Shown: one piece after another, positions 1-10,302 of the stretch | Layout: each line of letters opens with the position of its first letter | Position numbering within the stretch: the first letter of the stretch is position 1 | Source: Octopus vulgaris | Lineage: Eukaryota | Length of the DNA stretch: 64,000 nucleotides | Assembly (NCBI GenBank): GCA_951406725.2 | Contig: OX597831.1 | Span: forward strand, 68,634,001-68,698,000 | Direction of reading: 5' to 3' | Position numbers and translations under genes: made by a program | The notes under the pieces: model-generated | Seen by the model: the letters and a program-made list of their open reading frames with translations, nothing else | Told to the model about the DNA's origin: nothing | Databases searched by the model: none

Positions 1-19
1 GCTTGGCCAAACGCTGGTC

Positions 20-25
20 ATATAT

Positions 26-108
<83 letters not shown>

Positions 109-333
109 CATATATATGTATATATATATGTATATACACATATATATGTATGTATATATATATATATATACATATATATGTATGTATATATATATATATA
201 TACATATATATGTATGTATATATATATATACATATATATGTATGTATATACATACATATATATATATATACATATATATGTATGTATATACATACATATA
301 TATACATATATATTTATATACACGTATATATAC

Positions 334-381
<48 letters not shown>
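20..381. repeat. (TA)n / TATG / TACA compound microsatellite
   Basis: Directly visible; the YI/IY-repeat ORFs here are read-throughs of it. Confidence 0.98.
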
Positions 382-385
<4 letters not shown>

Positions 386-880
386 CCACATACCCCAACT
401 CTCCCTTAACCCTCAGCCTAACCCACACCCCACCCATGCTTTCCCCAATCTCACTTCCCCACCTCCAAACAACATCACAACACACCACCTACACACCATC
501 ACTGACCAATTCCCATCCCCACATTTTCTCACCTACACATACACACACGCACATGTCAAAACCACCAGCTCTCTTTCACACACGCATACATACTCTCTTA
601 CACACACATGCACCTTCGTTTTGGGGATCATCTTTACTTTGTTATCTCCCCAAATTCTTCACTCTCCTGTGTGACCCTTCAGTCCGGCAGTCGCTATGAT
701 AGATTGATAGCCACTACACATATTTTTTTTCTCTCCTTGTTTCTTTCTGTGTTCCTTTCTGTAGAAGAGCGTAGGCTCGAAACATAAAAGACTTTTTCAA
801 TTCCTGAGCGTTATACTAATACATCTATTTGTTTTCTACACCACCTGTCTTTGTCTTTTGTTTTTTTCGTGAATTCTCCC
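382..880 (+). mobile_element. Penelope-like element terminal (pLTR) remnant between TA repeats
   Basis: C/A-rich tract, then a hammerhead-like motif at 755-790 and a T-rich tail abutting TATATA; no ORF. Confidence 0.55.
755..790 (+). ncRNA. Variant/decayed minimal type I hammerhead-like motif
   Basis: CTTT-CTGTAGA-A-GAGC(GTAG)GCTC-GAAAC-ATA-AAAG: stem I CTTT/AAAG, stem II GAGC/GCTC; core has U at A6; stem III ACAT instead of palindromic ACGT. Confidence 0.45.
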
Positions 881-1154
881 TATATATGTATATAAACATT
901 TTTTTTTCAGAATGAAATAAAAAAACCAAGGCTATGAAGATTTTAGAACATTTATAAAAATATTTTAAAATATTCACAGACTTAATTTTTTATTCCATTG
1001 TGAAAAAAAATTTTTCAGATATACACATGCTGATATATGATCTACATTGAACTCCTTATTTGCATAATCACCAAACCTAGAGCTTAACTATGGTCTATAC
1101 ATAGCACTTACTCAGCATTACCTGACACCTTTGTGTCTTATTGACACCATAACC

Positions 1155-1156
1155 TT

Positions 1157-1239
<83 letters not shown>

Positions 1240-1557
1240 CATATATATACATGTATATACCTATAGATATATATACTTATATATACATATGCATTTATAT
1301 ATATATATACAAATATATATATATACTTATACATCTATACATATACATCTATAAAAATACATCTCTATATTTACTTATATATACATACACATATATATAC
1401 ATATATATACATGCATATATATATACATGAATATATATACACATAAATTTATATATATATATATATGCATATATATATATACACATACATATATATATAT
1501 TCATACATATATACATATATATATATATACATGTATATACATATAGATATATATAGA
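1155..1557. repeat. TA-rich compound microsatellite; part is duplicated at 3078-3190 plus 5700-5830
   Basis: Directly visible; shared strings tatagatatatatacttatatatacatatgcattt and acatctctatatttacttatatatacatacac. Confidence 0.9.
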
Positions 1558-1662
1558 AATTCAAGGTGAGTACTTGATAATTGTAAGCACCTGTATATAC
1601 CGTTTGGTGGTGTAGGTGGTGGAGTAAATTAATCAAAATAAAAACATGATGCCAAGGATTCA

Positions 1663-1740
1663 GCGGTACATATGTTTCGGGCCTTTATTAGACGGATTTA
1701 TAACAATGCATAATGTGTGTCTATGGCCTTCTTCAGCCGC
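1663..1740 (-). ncRNA. Type I hammerhead ribozyme (PLE-type)
   Basis: Minus strand GCGG-CTGAAGA-A-GGCC-[41 nt]-GGCC-C-GAA-ACATATGT-A-CCGC: intact CUGANGA and GAAA boxes, perfect stem I GCGG/CCGC, palindromic stem III ACATATGT, GUA cleavage triplet. Confidence 0.8.
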
Positions 1741-2969
1741 GCACAACTACTACCTCAAGGACATGTATTACATCAAAAATTCTACGTTGGGGATGCAAAT
1801 CCTCTCATTCGCGTATGACATAATGCGGCAACAGCATAAAAATGAAGCATCCATCTTGTCCTTCTCTCAATGTAGAACGAGGAAGTTTGGATGTTGAGGT
1901 AATATAAATAAATGAATAAATAAATATATACATATATAAATACAGACAGACGTGAAGGAACCTGGTAATAAGAGCAAATAGGGATAAAGATGGAGGGGCG
2001 AGAATTCAGGATGAAGGATAAAAAATTTTTAGATTGTTGAGCCGCTTATCTAGTTCTTCGTAACGTATTAAGTGGTCATCATGTACATACGTACACGCAT
2101 GGATACATACACCCATATACACGCACACATATACGCACGCATACGCAACTACACGCATACAGTATGCGTGTAGTTGCGTATGCGTGCGTATATGTGTGCG
2201 TGTATATGGGTGTATGTATCCATGCGTGTACGTATGTACATGATGACCACTTACTACGTTACTTGAACTAGATAAGCGGTCTCAACATACTCTAATTTAC
2301 AATACACTAGGTCCCCAGACGCCCCGGTTGATTTATGACACCCAAGGCTTCTACAACCAGAATTTGTCATTTTCATTTTCCTGACCACCATGTTTGGTCC
2401 GTAACTACTATATATCCCTTATCCTTATATTCTTTTACATTCCTACACTCTTATACCCTTTATACTTCTGATAACTTTTTTATTTTTTTAATTTTTTAAA
2501 TTTTTTTAAATTATTTTTTTCATTTTTTTATAACTTTATACCTTTATATTCATTTATATTATTTTATATTTTTTTATATCTTTTTATATCTCTTTATATC
2601 TTTATACTCTACATTTTTATATTTTTCTATACTTATACTTTTTATATATTTTTTTAATATATTTTTTTAATATATTTAAAAACTTTTTTTATCCTTCGTC
2701 CTAAATTCTCGCCCCTCCATCTTTATCCCTATTTGCTCTTATTACCAGGTTCCTTCACGTCTGTCTGTATTTATATATGTATATATTTATTTATTCATTT
2801 ATTTATATTACCTCAACATCCAAACTTCCTTGTTCTACATTGAGAGAAGGACGAGATGGACGCTTCATTTTTATGCTGTTGCCGCATTATGTCGTACGCG
2901 AATGAGAGGATTTGCATCCCCAACGTAGAATTTTTGATGTAATACATGTCCTTGAGGTAGTAGTTGTGC

Positions 2970-3047
2970 GTGGCTGAAGAAGGCCATAGACACACATTAT
3001 GCATTGTTATAAATCCGTCTAATAAAGGCCCGAAACATATGTACCGC
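2970..3047 (+). ncRNA. Type I hammerhead ribozyme (PLE-type), second arm
   Basis: GTGG-CTGAAGA-A-GGCC-[41 nt]-GGCC-C-GAA-ACATATGT-A-CCGC; same as the minus-strand copy but with a U-G wobble in stem I. Confidence 0.78.
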
Positions 3048-3108
3048 TGAATCCTTGGCATCATGTTTTTATTTTGATATAGATATATATACTTATATAT
3101 ACATATGC

Positions 3109-3190
<82 letters not shown>

Positions 3191-3196
3191 CTCTCT

Positions 3197-5640
3197 ATAT
3201 TTTCTTAATTTTCGGCAATCACACTGATACTATCCACAATATTGCAGTGGAGAAAACCCTACTCTCCAATCATGACATGGTTCTCTGTGATCTGAGATTT
3301 CACTGGCCAAAATGCAAAACAAATGTCATCCCTCCTGTTCATCCATTTGACACTATGGATTTCCACAATGCAAACTGGGAAGCGATCAATAATGATCTTG
3401 CACAAATTGATTGGTCCTTCACGCACACATACACACCCACTAACATCAAAAAGTCCTGGCAGTCATTTGTAGACACCATTACGAACATATGTGCAAAGCA
3501 CACCCCATTAAGATCTGCAAACAAACCTAAGTGTCGAATCCCTAGAAATAGAAAATCCTTCATCAGGAAAATTAAAAGAATAAACAAAAAAATCAACAAG
3601 CTGAAATACTGTCAACAGCAACACACCAACCTGACTGCCATTTCGTCGCTAGAGATTAAAAAACATAAACTCCAAAACAACATGATGTCTATCATCAATA
3701 GTCAGCGAAGAGCTGAAGAGGCCTGGGCCATTGAGAAGATCAAACTCAATCCCAAAGTGTTCTTTTCATTTGCAAAAAAACACAGAGTCACTGGTTCTAC
3801 TGTTGGCCCTCTGATTGATGAAAATGGTACTCTTCAAGACAATGCTAAAACCATGGGAGAGATATTGCAGAAACAATATTGCTCTGTTTTCAGCATTCCT
3901 GATATGGCTGATCTGGGCTGTATCAGTGATGTTACTCCCCAATACACTTTATCGGACATAACCTTTGGTGCTCCTGATGTCTTAGCAGCAATAAAGGAAA
4001 TGAAGCATAATTCAGCAGTAGGTCCCGATAGGTTCCCTGCTTGTGTCTTGAAGATGTGTCAAAACCAACTTGCACCCCCTCTAGCCAATCTGTGGCGGAA
4101 CTCACTGGATGCTGGATATATACCAGAAGACCTTCTATCCCAGTCTGTTGTCCCAGTTTTCAAAAAAGGAAACAAATCGCTTGCCGTGAATTACCGTCCA
4201 ATCTCACTCACCTCTCATATCATTAAGCTATTTGAGAGAGTGCTGAGATCGCATATGACTCACTTCCTTGAGAGTCATAATATGCTGAACTCCAACCAGC
4301 ATGGATTCTGTAATGGGAGAGATTGCCTGACGCAGCTACTGCATCATTTTGATAACATTTTGAGAGCCTTGGGAGAGGGTTCCAACACTGATGTCATCTA
4401 CCTTGATTTCAGCAAGGCCTTTGACAGGGTTGATCATAAGATCCTTCTGAGAAAGCTGTCCAATATTGGTGTCACTGGAAAGCTGCTGCAGTGGATCAAG
4501 TGCTTCCTGTCTAACAGAACCCAACATGTTGTAGTCGAAGGAGTCAAATCCAGCCCAGCCAAAGTCAGCAGTGGTGTCCCACAAGGCACTGTGTTGGGCC
4601 CACTTCTCTTCATCATGTACATAAATGATATTACTGACACCATCAAACACAGTAACATCAGAACCTTCGCTGATGATTCCAAGCTCCAGAAGGTCATCAA
4701 TGGCGTGGATGACCGAATAAGCCTTCAGTCAGACCTACTGGCTGTTGTCCAATGGGCGGAAAAGAATAACATGTTGCTAAATGAAGACAAATTCGAACTG
4801 ATCCACTTTGGAAGGGAGGACGTTCTGAAACTCCCATACTCTCTTCCTTCTGGAGAAATTCTCATGGCATCCAACAACATCGGAGACTTGGGAGTAACAG
4901 TGGACAACAACATAAGCTGGGCTACACATATAAGCAGCAAAGTTGACATGGCCCGCAGAATGTGTTCCTGGATTCTCAGAACCTTCCAGTCGAGAGATTC
5001 CCACACTATTATCCTTCTTTTCTCCACTTTTGCCCGACCCCACCTTGAATACTGCTGTCCACTGTGGTCTCCCTACACAAAACAAAATATTATGAGAATT
5101 GAAGCTCCCCAAAGGTCAATCACAAAAAAGATAGATGGCATGTCAGACCTTGACTACTGGGGTAGACTAGAGAAGCTGAAACTGTATTCACTCCAACGAC
5201 GCCGTGAACGCTACATTATCTGTATGATGTGGAAAATATTCCATCAGCACTGTCCGAATGATTTTGGCATCACCTTCAAAATACATCCAAGGCTTGGACC
5301 ACGTGCCATCCGTCCACAACAAAAATCTAAATCGCATCACATAATGACAATACGACACAACTATTTCATCTCAATTGAACCCGCTCTCTTCAACATTACA
5401 CCAGGACACGTGAAAAAAGAAACTGACCACACAAAATTCAAGAAGTCTTTGGACAAATTCTTTCAAACAGTCTCGGACAAACCACCCACACCCGGATATG
5501 TCTCCGCAAACAATAACTCTCTGCTCGAATGGGCCTTGGTGCCCAAATCCTGAATTGAAAGACTTCGCCAGGTGGTGCTATTAAGTTAGACATGGCTTGG
5601 GCCAATACTGGCCAAAACCTTTCTAAGTTATTCTAAGTTA
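3197..5640 (+). mobile_element. 5'-truncated CR1-group LINE, young
   Basis: Long RT ORF, short 3' UTR ending ttctaagttattctaagtta; candidate TSD atatataaatctctct at 3181-3196 and 5644-5659. Confidence 0.9.
3202..5553 (+). CDS. Non-LTR retrotransposon ORF2 (end of APE region plus reverse transcriptase), N-terminally truncated
   Basis: No stops over ~780 codons; motifs [54 protein letters not shown] and CR1-like [10 protein letters not shown]. The ORF-track start at 3055 lies in PLE/microsatellite sequence and is not real. Confidence 0.92.
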   Translation, partial: FLIFGNHTDTIHNIAVEKTLLSNHDMVLCDLRFHWPKCKTNVIPPVHPFDTMDFHNANWEAINNDLAQIDWSFTHTYTPTNIKKSWQSFVDTITNICAKHTPLRSANKPKCRIPRNRKSFIRKIKRINKKINKLKYCQQQHTNLTAISSLEIKKHKLQNNMMSIINSQRRAEEAWAIEKIKLNPKVFFSFAKKHRVTGSTVGPLIDENGTLQDNAKTMGEILQKQYCSVFSIPDMADLGCISDVTPQYTLSDITFGAPDVLAAIKEMKHNSAVGPDRFPACVLKMCQNQLAPPLANLWRNSLDAGYIPEDLLSQSVVPVFKKGNKSLAVNYRPISLTSHIIKLFERVLRSHMTHFLESHNMLNSNQHGFCNGRDCLTQLLHHFDNILRALGEGSNTDVIYLDFSKAFDRVDHKILLRKLSNIGVTGKLLQWIKCFLSNRTQHVVVEGVKSSPAKVSSGVPQGTVLGPLLFIMYINDITDTIKHSNIRTFADDSKLQKVINGVDDRISLQSDLLAVVQWAEKNNMLLNEDKFELIHFGREDVLKLPYSLPSGEILMASNNIGDLGVTVDNNISWATHISSKVDMARRMCSWILRTFQSRDSHTIILLFSTFARPHLEYCCPLWSPYTKQNIMRIEAPQRSITKKIDGMSDLDYWGRLEKLKLYSLQRRRERYIICMMWKIFHQHCPNDFGITFKIHPRLGPRAIRPQQKSKSHHIMTIRHNYFISIEPALFNITPGHVKKETDHTKFKKSLDKFFQTVSDKPPTPGYVSANNNSLLEWALVPKS

Positions 5641-5651
5641 TATATATATAA

Positions 5652-5709
<58 letters not shown>

Positions 5710-6819
5710 CTATACATCTACACATATATATCTATAAAATACATCTCTATATTTACTTATATATACATACACATATATATACACATATATACATGCATAT
5801 ATATATATGAATATATATATATATATATATATATTCACACACATACACGTGTACACATATACATTTAACATGCTGCATAAAGTTACAATTTGAAGAAGCT
5901 ACCACTTGCAAAACTTCAGTCACACTCAACAAATGGTAGTAAATATTGAAATGTACACATGTATTGAGTCCTTAATTCACTCAATGTTCACCGTTTTCAT
6001 GTTTTTAAAAAAACTCCTATATTTAACTCCTATATGCTTACACATATATTTATCATGACTACGTATTGATATTTATCATGCTCATACATTATTACATTTG
6101 TGTATATATTTATCACACTTTGCACGTTTATTTATCACACTTGCACATTTATTTATTATACTAGCATCTTTATTTACTAGTTACTCTGTTGTTTTACATA
6201 AAATTCTGTAAAATATTAATCTTCATTAAAAAGCATTCTTTGAAACTAATGCAAATAACTTTAAATTTTAACCTGAAGTAAATGGTGTTAAACAGAGATA
6301 ATGGAAAAGTCATAACAATGTATTAATCTAATAATCATGCATTTGTTCTCAACTGTCACTATAGTAAATGAAGACCTGTTTATCTTCTATGTAGTTTAGT
6401 ATGTACATATTGTTATCGTTTTAACTCTCAGTCATGTCATTATGTAGATGTGAAATGGCTAAGTGGATATTTACATATCCACTTAAAAATTCACTGCAGT
6501 TATATCATTATTTCACTTGGCTTAAAACTTGCCTGCACTGAATCAATTCATTGAACTGTCATGAGCTAATGAGGAAGATGCTATATGGTCACAAGACCTA
6601 ATAGAAAAAGCAAACAAATCTTCCTCAATTCACACCCCACCATCTTATTCAAGGCCAGAAAATATAATAGAGTCCTGCAGGCTCCTAAAAAGGTGAGATA
6701 GCCATCGTCAGAATACTGAGATCCTTGGTTTGTTCAGTCATGGCTGATACTAAAAATCAAACTAATTACCAATAATAGGTATTTGCAATGTAGACTTCAA
6801 AATAGATGAATGGCATTTT

Positions 6820-7050
6820 AGAGCCATACAAGCCATGTACAAGGATGTTGTGAGTAGGGTGAGTTGGCCATGAATGGAGTGATGAATTTTGTGTACAAGT
6901 AGGAGTTTACCAGCGTTTGGTCCTCAATCCTGCCCAATTCCTCATAGTCTGGCAGGCCATAACAGAAATTTAAAATTGGCTGTCCGTGGTGGGAACTATT
7001 CTATGCTGATGACATTGTTGTTATAACAGAATCCAAACAGAATTGGAAAA
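6820..7050 (+). mobile_element. RTE-clade LINE RT fragment, degraded
   Basis: Translates with frameshifts to AIQAMYKD...VGVYQ..LVLNP...QAITE..FKIGCPW..ELFYADDIV. Confidence 0.75.
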
Positions 7051-7148
7051 GAACTAAATCTAATCATGCACTAAGCTCTCTCCCACCACTGCTCCCTAAG
7101 GCCATTTTGTCCTATCAGAGTCATAGCTATGTCATAAGAAGCCATAGA

Positions 7149-7235
7149 TGCAGTTGTGGCTGTGTGGTAAGAAGCTTGCTTCTCAATGACATGGTTCTGG
7201 GCTCAGTCCCAATGTGTGGCACCTTAGGCATGTTT
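7149..7235 (+). mobile_element. tRNA-derived head of the CORE-like SINE family (fragment)
   Basis: gtggctgtgtggtaag...ggcaccttaggca matches the heads of full copies at 39625-40010 and 61135-61576. Confidence 0.75.
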
Positions 7236-7299
7236 TCAGCCTAATGACTGAAGCAAATAAAAGATAAAATATGTAAGAATGGCATGTAACTAAGCATTG

Positions 7300-7560
7300 T
7301 ACTCTTCTTATTTTCATTAAAAACAAGTGTTTCTGATTCAATATTCACTATGCCATATCAAAGCAGAATAAAGGAAGCTCAGACCTACAAATTTGGGATG
7401 TATTACAGTTTAGCCTACGGCTTGAGAGAATCTAGCTTCCAAATCAAAGCCCTCACCATAGAGATTGGAACAATGAGGTTTATGGACAAATTTTCTTGTA
7501 GTCTCATGAAATGACTCTCAATTTCTAGGAAGAAGAAAACCAAATCCTTAAATACAATGG
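7300..7560 (+). mobile_element. Restriction-like endonuclease remnant of an R2-group (Hero-like) non-LTR element
   Basis: KQVFLIQ/FTMPYQSRIKEAQTYK..Y..L...LRES.....IEIGTMRF resembles the ELTVPWE.RI.EA...K..KY...VEVG.RGF pattern; frameshifted, with a stop. Confidence 0.55.
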
Positions 7561-7580
7561 CTTAAACAGGATCTGGTATA

Positions 7581-7806
7581 TATTTCTTTACTGTCCACAA
7601 GGACAGTAAACAAGGAGGGGACAAACAAGGACAGACGAAGGGATTGAGTCAATTATATCGCCCCAGTGCAAAACTGTTACTTTATTTATCGACCCTGAAA
7701 GGATGAAAGGCAAAGTTGACCTCGGTGGAATTTGAACTCAGAACGTAACGACAGACGAAATACCGCTAACCATTTTGCCCGGCGCGCTAACGTGTCTGCC
7801 AGCTCG
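7581..7806 (-). mobile_element. tRNA-derived SINE with Meta-like central domain
   Basis: Minus strand cgagctggcag...gagttcaaattcc (B box)...gcctttcatcctttcagggtcgataaa; same family as 26583, 36381 and 41179. Confidence 0.85.
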
Positions 7807-8729
7807 GGCTCAAGTGTTTCATAGTGAACTGGTTACACATCCAGGCAACTTAACTTTGGGGTACCTAACCACTCAGGAAGGTCCAGGTTCGAACTCAAAA
7901 TGTGACACTTGAGCATTATCAAAGAGTCATGATTTGGATGTAACTTAGCCCACTTGGAGCTATAGACCAAAACACTTATATTAAAGGAGGAGCTTCTTTG
8001 AGGGCATTCTGCTTTCAGCTTTCTCTAGAGTTTCTTATAATTTGTTTCATCAAATTTAAAGTTACTTCCAAAATGATTTGGAGGAAGGCCATTTGAAAGA
8101 TGACAACAAGTGTAGACTGCAAAATAGTGTTAGTTATAGAGGTGTTATACTGAGTGTGCTCTGGTTAAGGATGGTCAGCAGATAGAATGGTTTGAAATAT
8201 GTCTAAGTTTGAGACAAGATACCACTCTCTCGAACACTGATCAACATTTTATCATGAGAAAACTTCAAAACAGTGTCAAAAATATCAATAAATCTGGCAC
8301 TTACAGACCTCTTTAATAGTTATTAGACATGCTGATACCACAATCCTAATATGCACAACCTTTGATAAATTTAGTCCAGTCAAACCCAAGACAAAGCAGT
8401 TGACTGCAAAAGAGGTGGATCTTGCTGATTTAGGAAGAGATAGGTTTAATTACCACTCTTAACAACAGTGAGTAGAGGGTATGATTGGAATTTGTATCAG
8501 TGGTTCAGCTGACAGGAAACAGAAAGGTCCTAGAGAGAAGTACTGACTAAGTCAATTAGTCTCCTCATATTGGAGGATGCTCTTTGAAGTGGATGCTGAT
8601 ACAAAACAACCTCTCAATCAGATGTCTTTTATCAGCCTTAGGTGATGTATGTATGTATGTATGTATGTATGTATGTATGTATGTATGTATGTATGTATGT
8701 ATGTATGTATGTATGTATGTATATATGTA

Positions 8730-9146
8730 ATGCATCGCTGTTACACTTCCAGATGGGAAGGGTCTTCCTATGATGCTGACATGCAGTATCTGTGCAAGAC
8801 CCTGCCTCAGTAAAGCTGGACTCAAGAGTCATCTTCGTAGTCATAAAGCGAGACAAATGAATGACAACCTGGCCACTGGTGGTGGTGCAACACACCATAC
8901 GAATCATATCTGTCGGGCATGTGGAAGAGAGTGTAATTCAGCAGGAGGACTTAAATGACATGCAAAGGTACATGAAGCCCAGTTACAACTACAGCCGGTT
9001 ATTACCAGTAAAGGTTTTAGTTGCCAATTCTGTACAAGACATTGTAGATCTTTAGCTGGGCTAAAAAGTCACATTCGATCACAGCACCAGTAACAGTTAA
9101 GCTTTGTGCAGTGGCCATACTCGATAACGAGGGGGCAGTCATAATA
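8730..9146 (+). mobile_element. 3' end of an RTE-like LINE with three C-terminal C2H2 zinc fingers, inside a (TATG)n tract
   Basis: One frame from 8770: CSICARPCLSKAGLKSHLRSH, CRACGRECNSAGGLK*HAKVH, CQFCTRHCRSLAGLKSHIRSQH, stop; short UTR ending gggcagtcataataat; TATG repeats on both sides. Confidence 0.65.
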
Positions 9147-9343
9147 ATGTATGTATGTGTGCTTGCATGCATGTATGTATTTATGTATGTATGCAAGCAT
9201 GCATGCATACATGTATTTATGTATGTATGTATGTGATGTATGTATATAAGTATGTCTACACTTGAGATAGCTAGGAATTGGTTCTGAGGCTTCATTTGAA
9301 TTTAACTGCTGATCTCTGGGTCTACTGCTCCAAACATTGAACT

Positions 9344-9800
9344 TGTAACAAGATGAGAGTTCAGGAACACTGGAGGGGTGTCTGGTCTTATCTTGTCATA
9401 TACAAGTCTAAGAAAGGGAACCAAAAATCTGGCTGTCTTCAATAATAAATAGTAGTTTATTCTTCAGGTTCACAGGTAAAATATATACATATATATTTCT
9501 TAAGGGCGAACCAGCAGCCAAGTCCACAGGACTGTTTACAAATGTTCACTCGGGTGAGCCAAGAAGATACGGTGTTCGTTCCCGCTTCAAAGAGAGAGCT
9601 TCTCTATGCGTAGGGTTTTCCCTGAGAGAAGTCTTAGCCACATCCGCTCGTTAGCACTGCTCTTTCAAAAGGGCCGATTTAGTGGTTATGCTTTCAGGTT
9701 GCAGTTCCTGCGCATGTGCATGAGGGAACTTCCGGCAGCCTACCGGAAGTAATCCAATTCTGCGCATGCGTGCTGAAACTTCCACAGTAGCGTCACTACA
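9344..9800 (-). mobile_element. Solo LTR, 457 bp, with a 4-bp TSD (Gypsy-like)
   Basis: Termini TGTA...TACA; AACT at 9340-9343 and 9801-9804; AATAAA on the minus strand near 9460; GC-richer than flanks. Confidence 0.75.
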
Positions 9801-9984
9801 AACTGTATTCTCAGCAGCATCTAATGCTCCTAGCTTCAATCTGAAGCTAGTCCAAGAAAAGACTTATATATCACCTTGTTTCAATGAGAGAGAAAGAGAG
9901 AGAAAGAAAGAAAGAAAGAGAAAATTAATATCAATGTTTTGTGAGTATCCACAATAATGAACTTTCATTTAAGGAAAACAGTAT

Positions 9985-10302
9985 ACAATATAAAGTATAA
10001 AAGCCATCTCAATATGGCTAACCACAAAGTGTGTGTGGGGGTGTTACTGTAGCTATTTAGCCCCAGGAGATCATCGTCTCCAGCTGGCTTTAGACACACT
10101 TTCTGTGCCCTCAAAGTATTTGCAAAGGGAGGCCATCCCTTCTTCGTAAGCCTGTGTCAAAAGCCAGCTGGAGACAATGATCTCCTGGGGCTAAAAAGCT
10201 ACAGTACCCCCCGCCCCCATTGTGGTTAGCCATATTGAGATGGCTTTTATACTTTACATTGTCGAGCGGTTACTGTTTACATCTCGTTCGGAGATTTAAT
10301 AA
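9985..10302. mobile_element. Non-autonomous fold-back element with ~110-bp inverted repeats and an asymmetric tail
   Basis: Arms ~9985-10097 and ~10153-10262; 40-bp tail with a short hairpin; direct repeat agtatacaata at 9980-9990 and 10303-10313. Confidence 0.75.

Larger units (their letters stand above)
1558..3078. mobile_element. Fold-back (palindromic) Penelope-like pLTR insertion
   Basis: Hairpin centred on base 2161 (acacgcatac-a-gtatgcgtgt); inner arms ~2035-2160/2162-2287; outer arms ~1632-2030/2683-3078 near identical; ~390 bp (2288-2682) only in the right arm; a hammerhead in each outer arm; TA repeats on both sides. Confidence 0.8.

Noticed and set aside
3-699. Long YI/IY-repeat ORFs (also at 1131, 33548-33912, 34644 and 35188-35925)
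   Set aside because: Stop-free read-throughs of TA, TATG and ATT microsatellites, not proteins
1646-1897. 83-aa ORF present twice (also 2813-3064 on minus), suggesting a duplicated small gene
   Set aside because: It is the antisense frame of the hammerhead-bearing pLTR arm; the duplication is explained by the palindrome and no protein motif is recognisable
3055-3201. N-terminal extension of the 832-aa ORF
   Set aside because: TTG start inside the PLE arm plus TA repeat; a chance in-frame fusion
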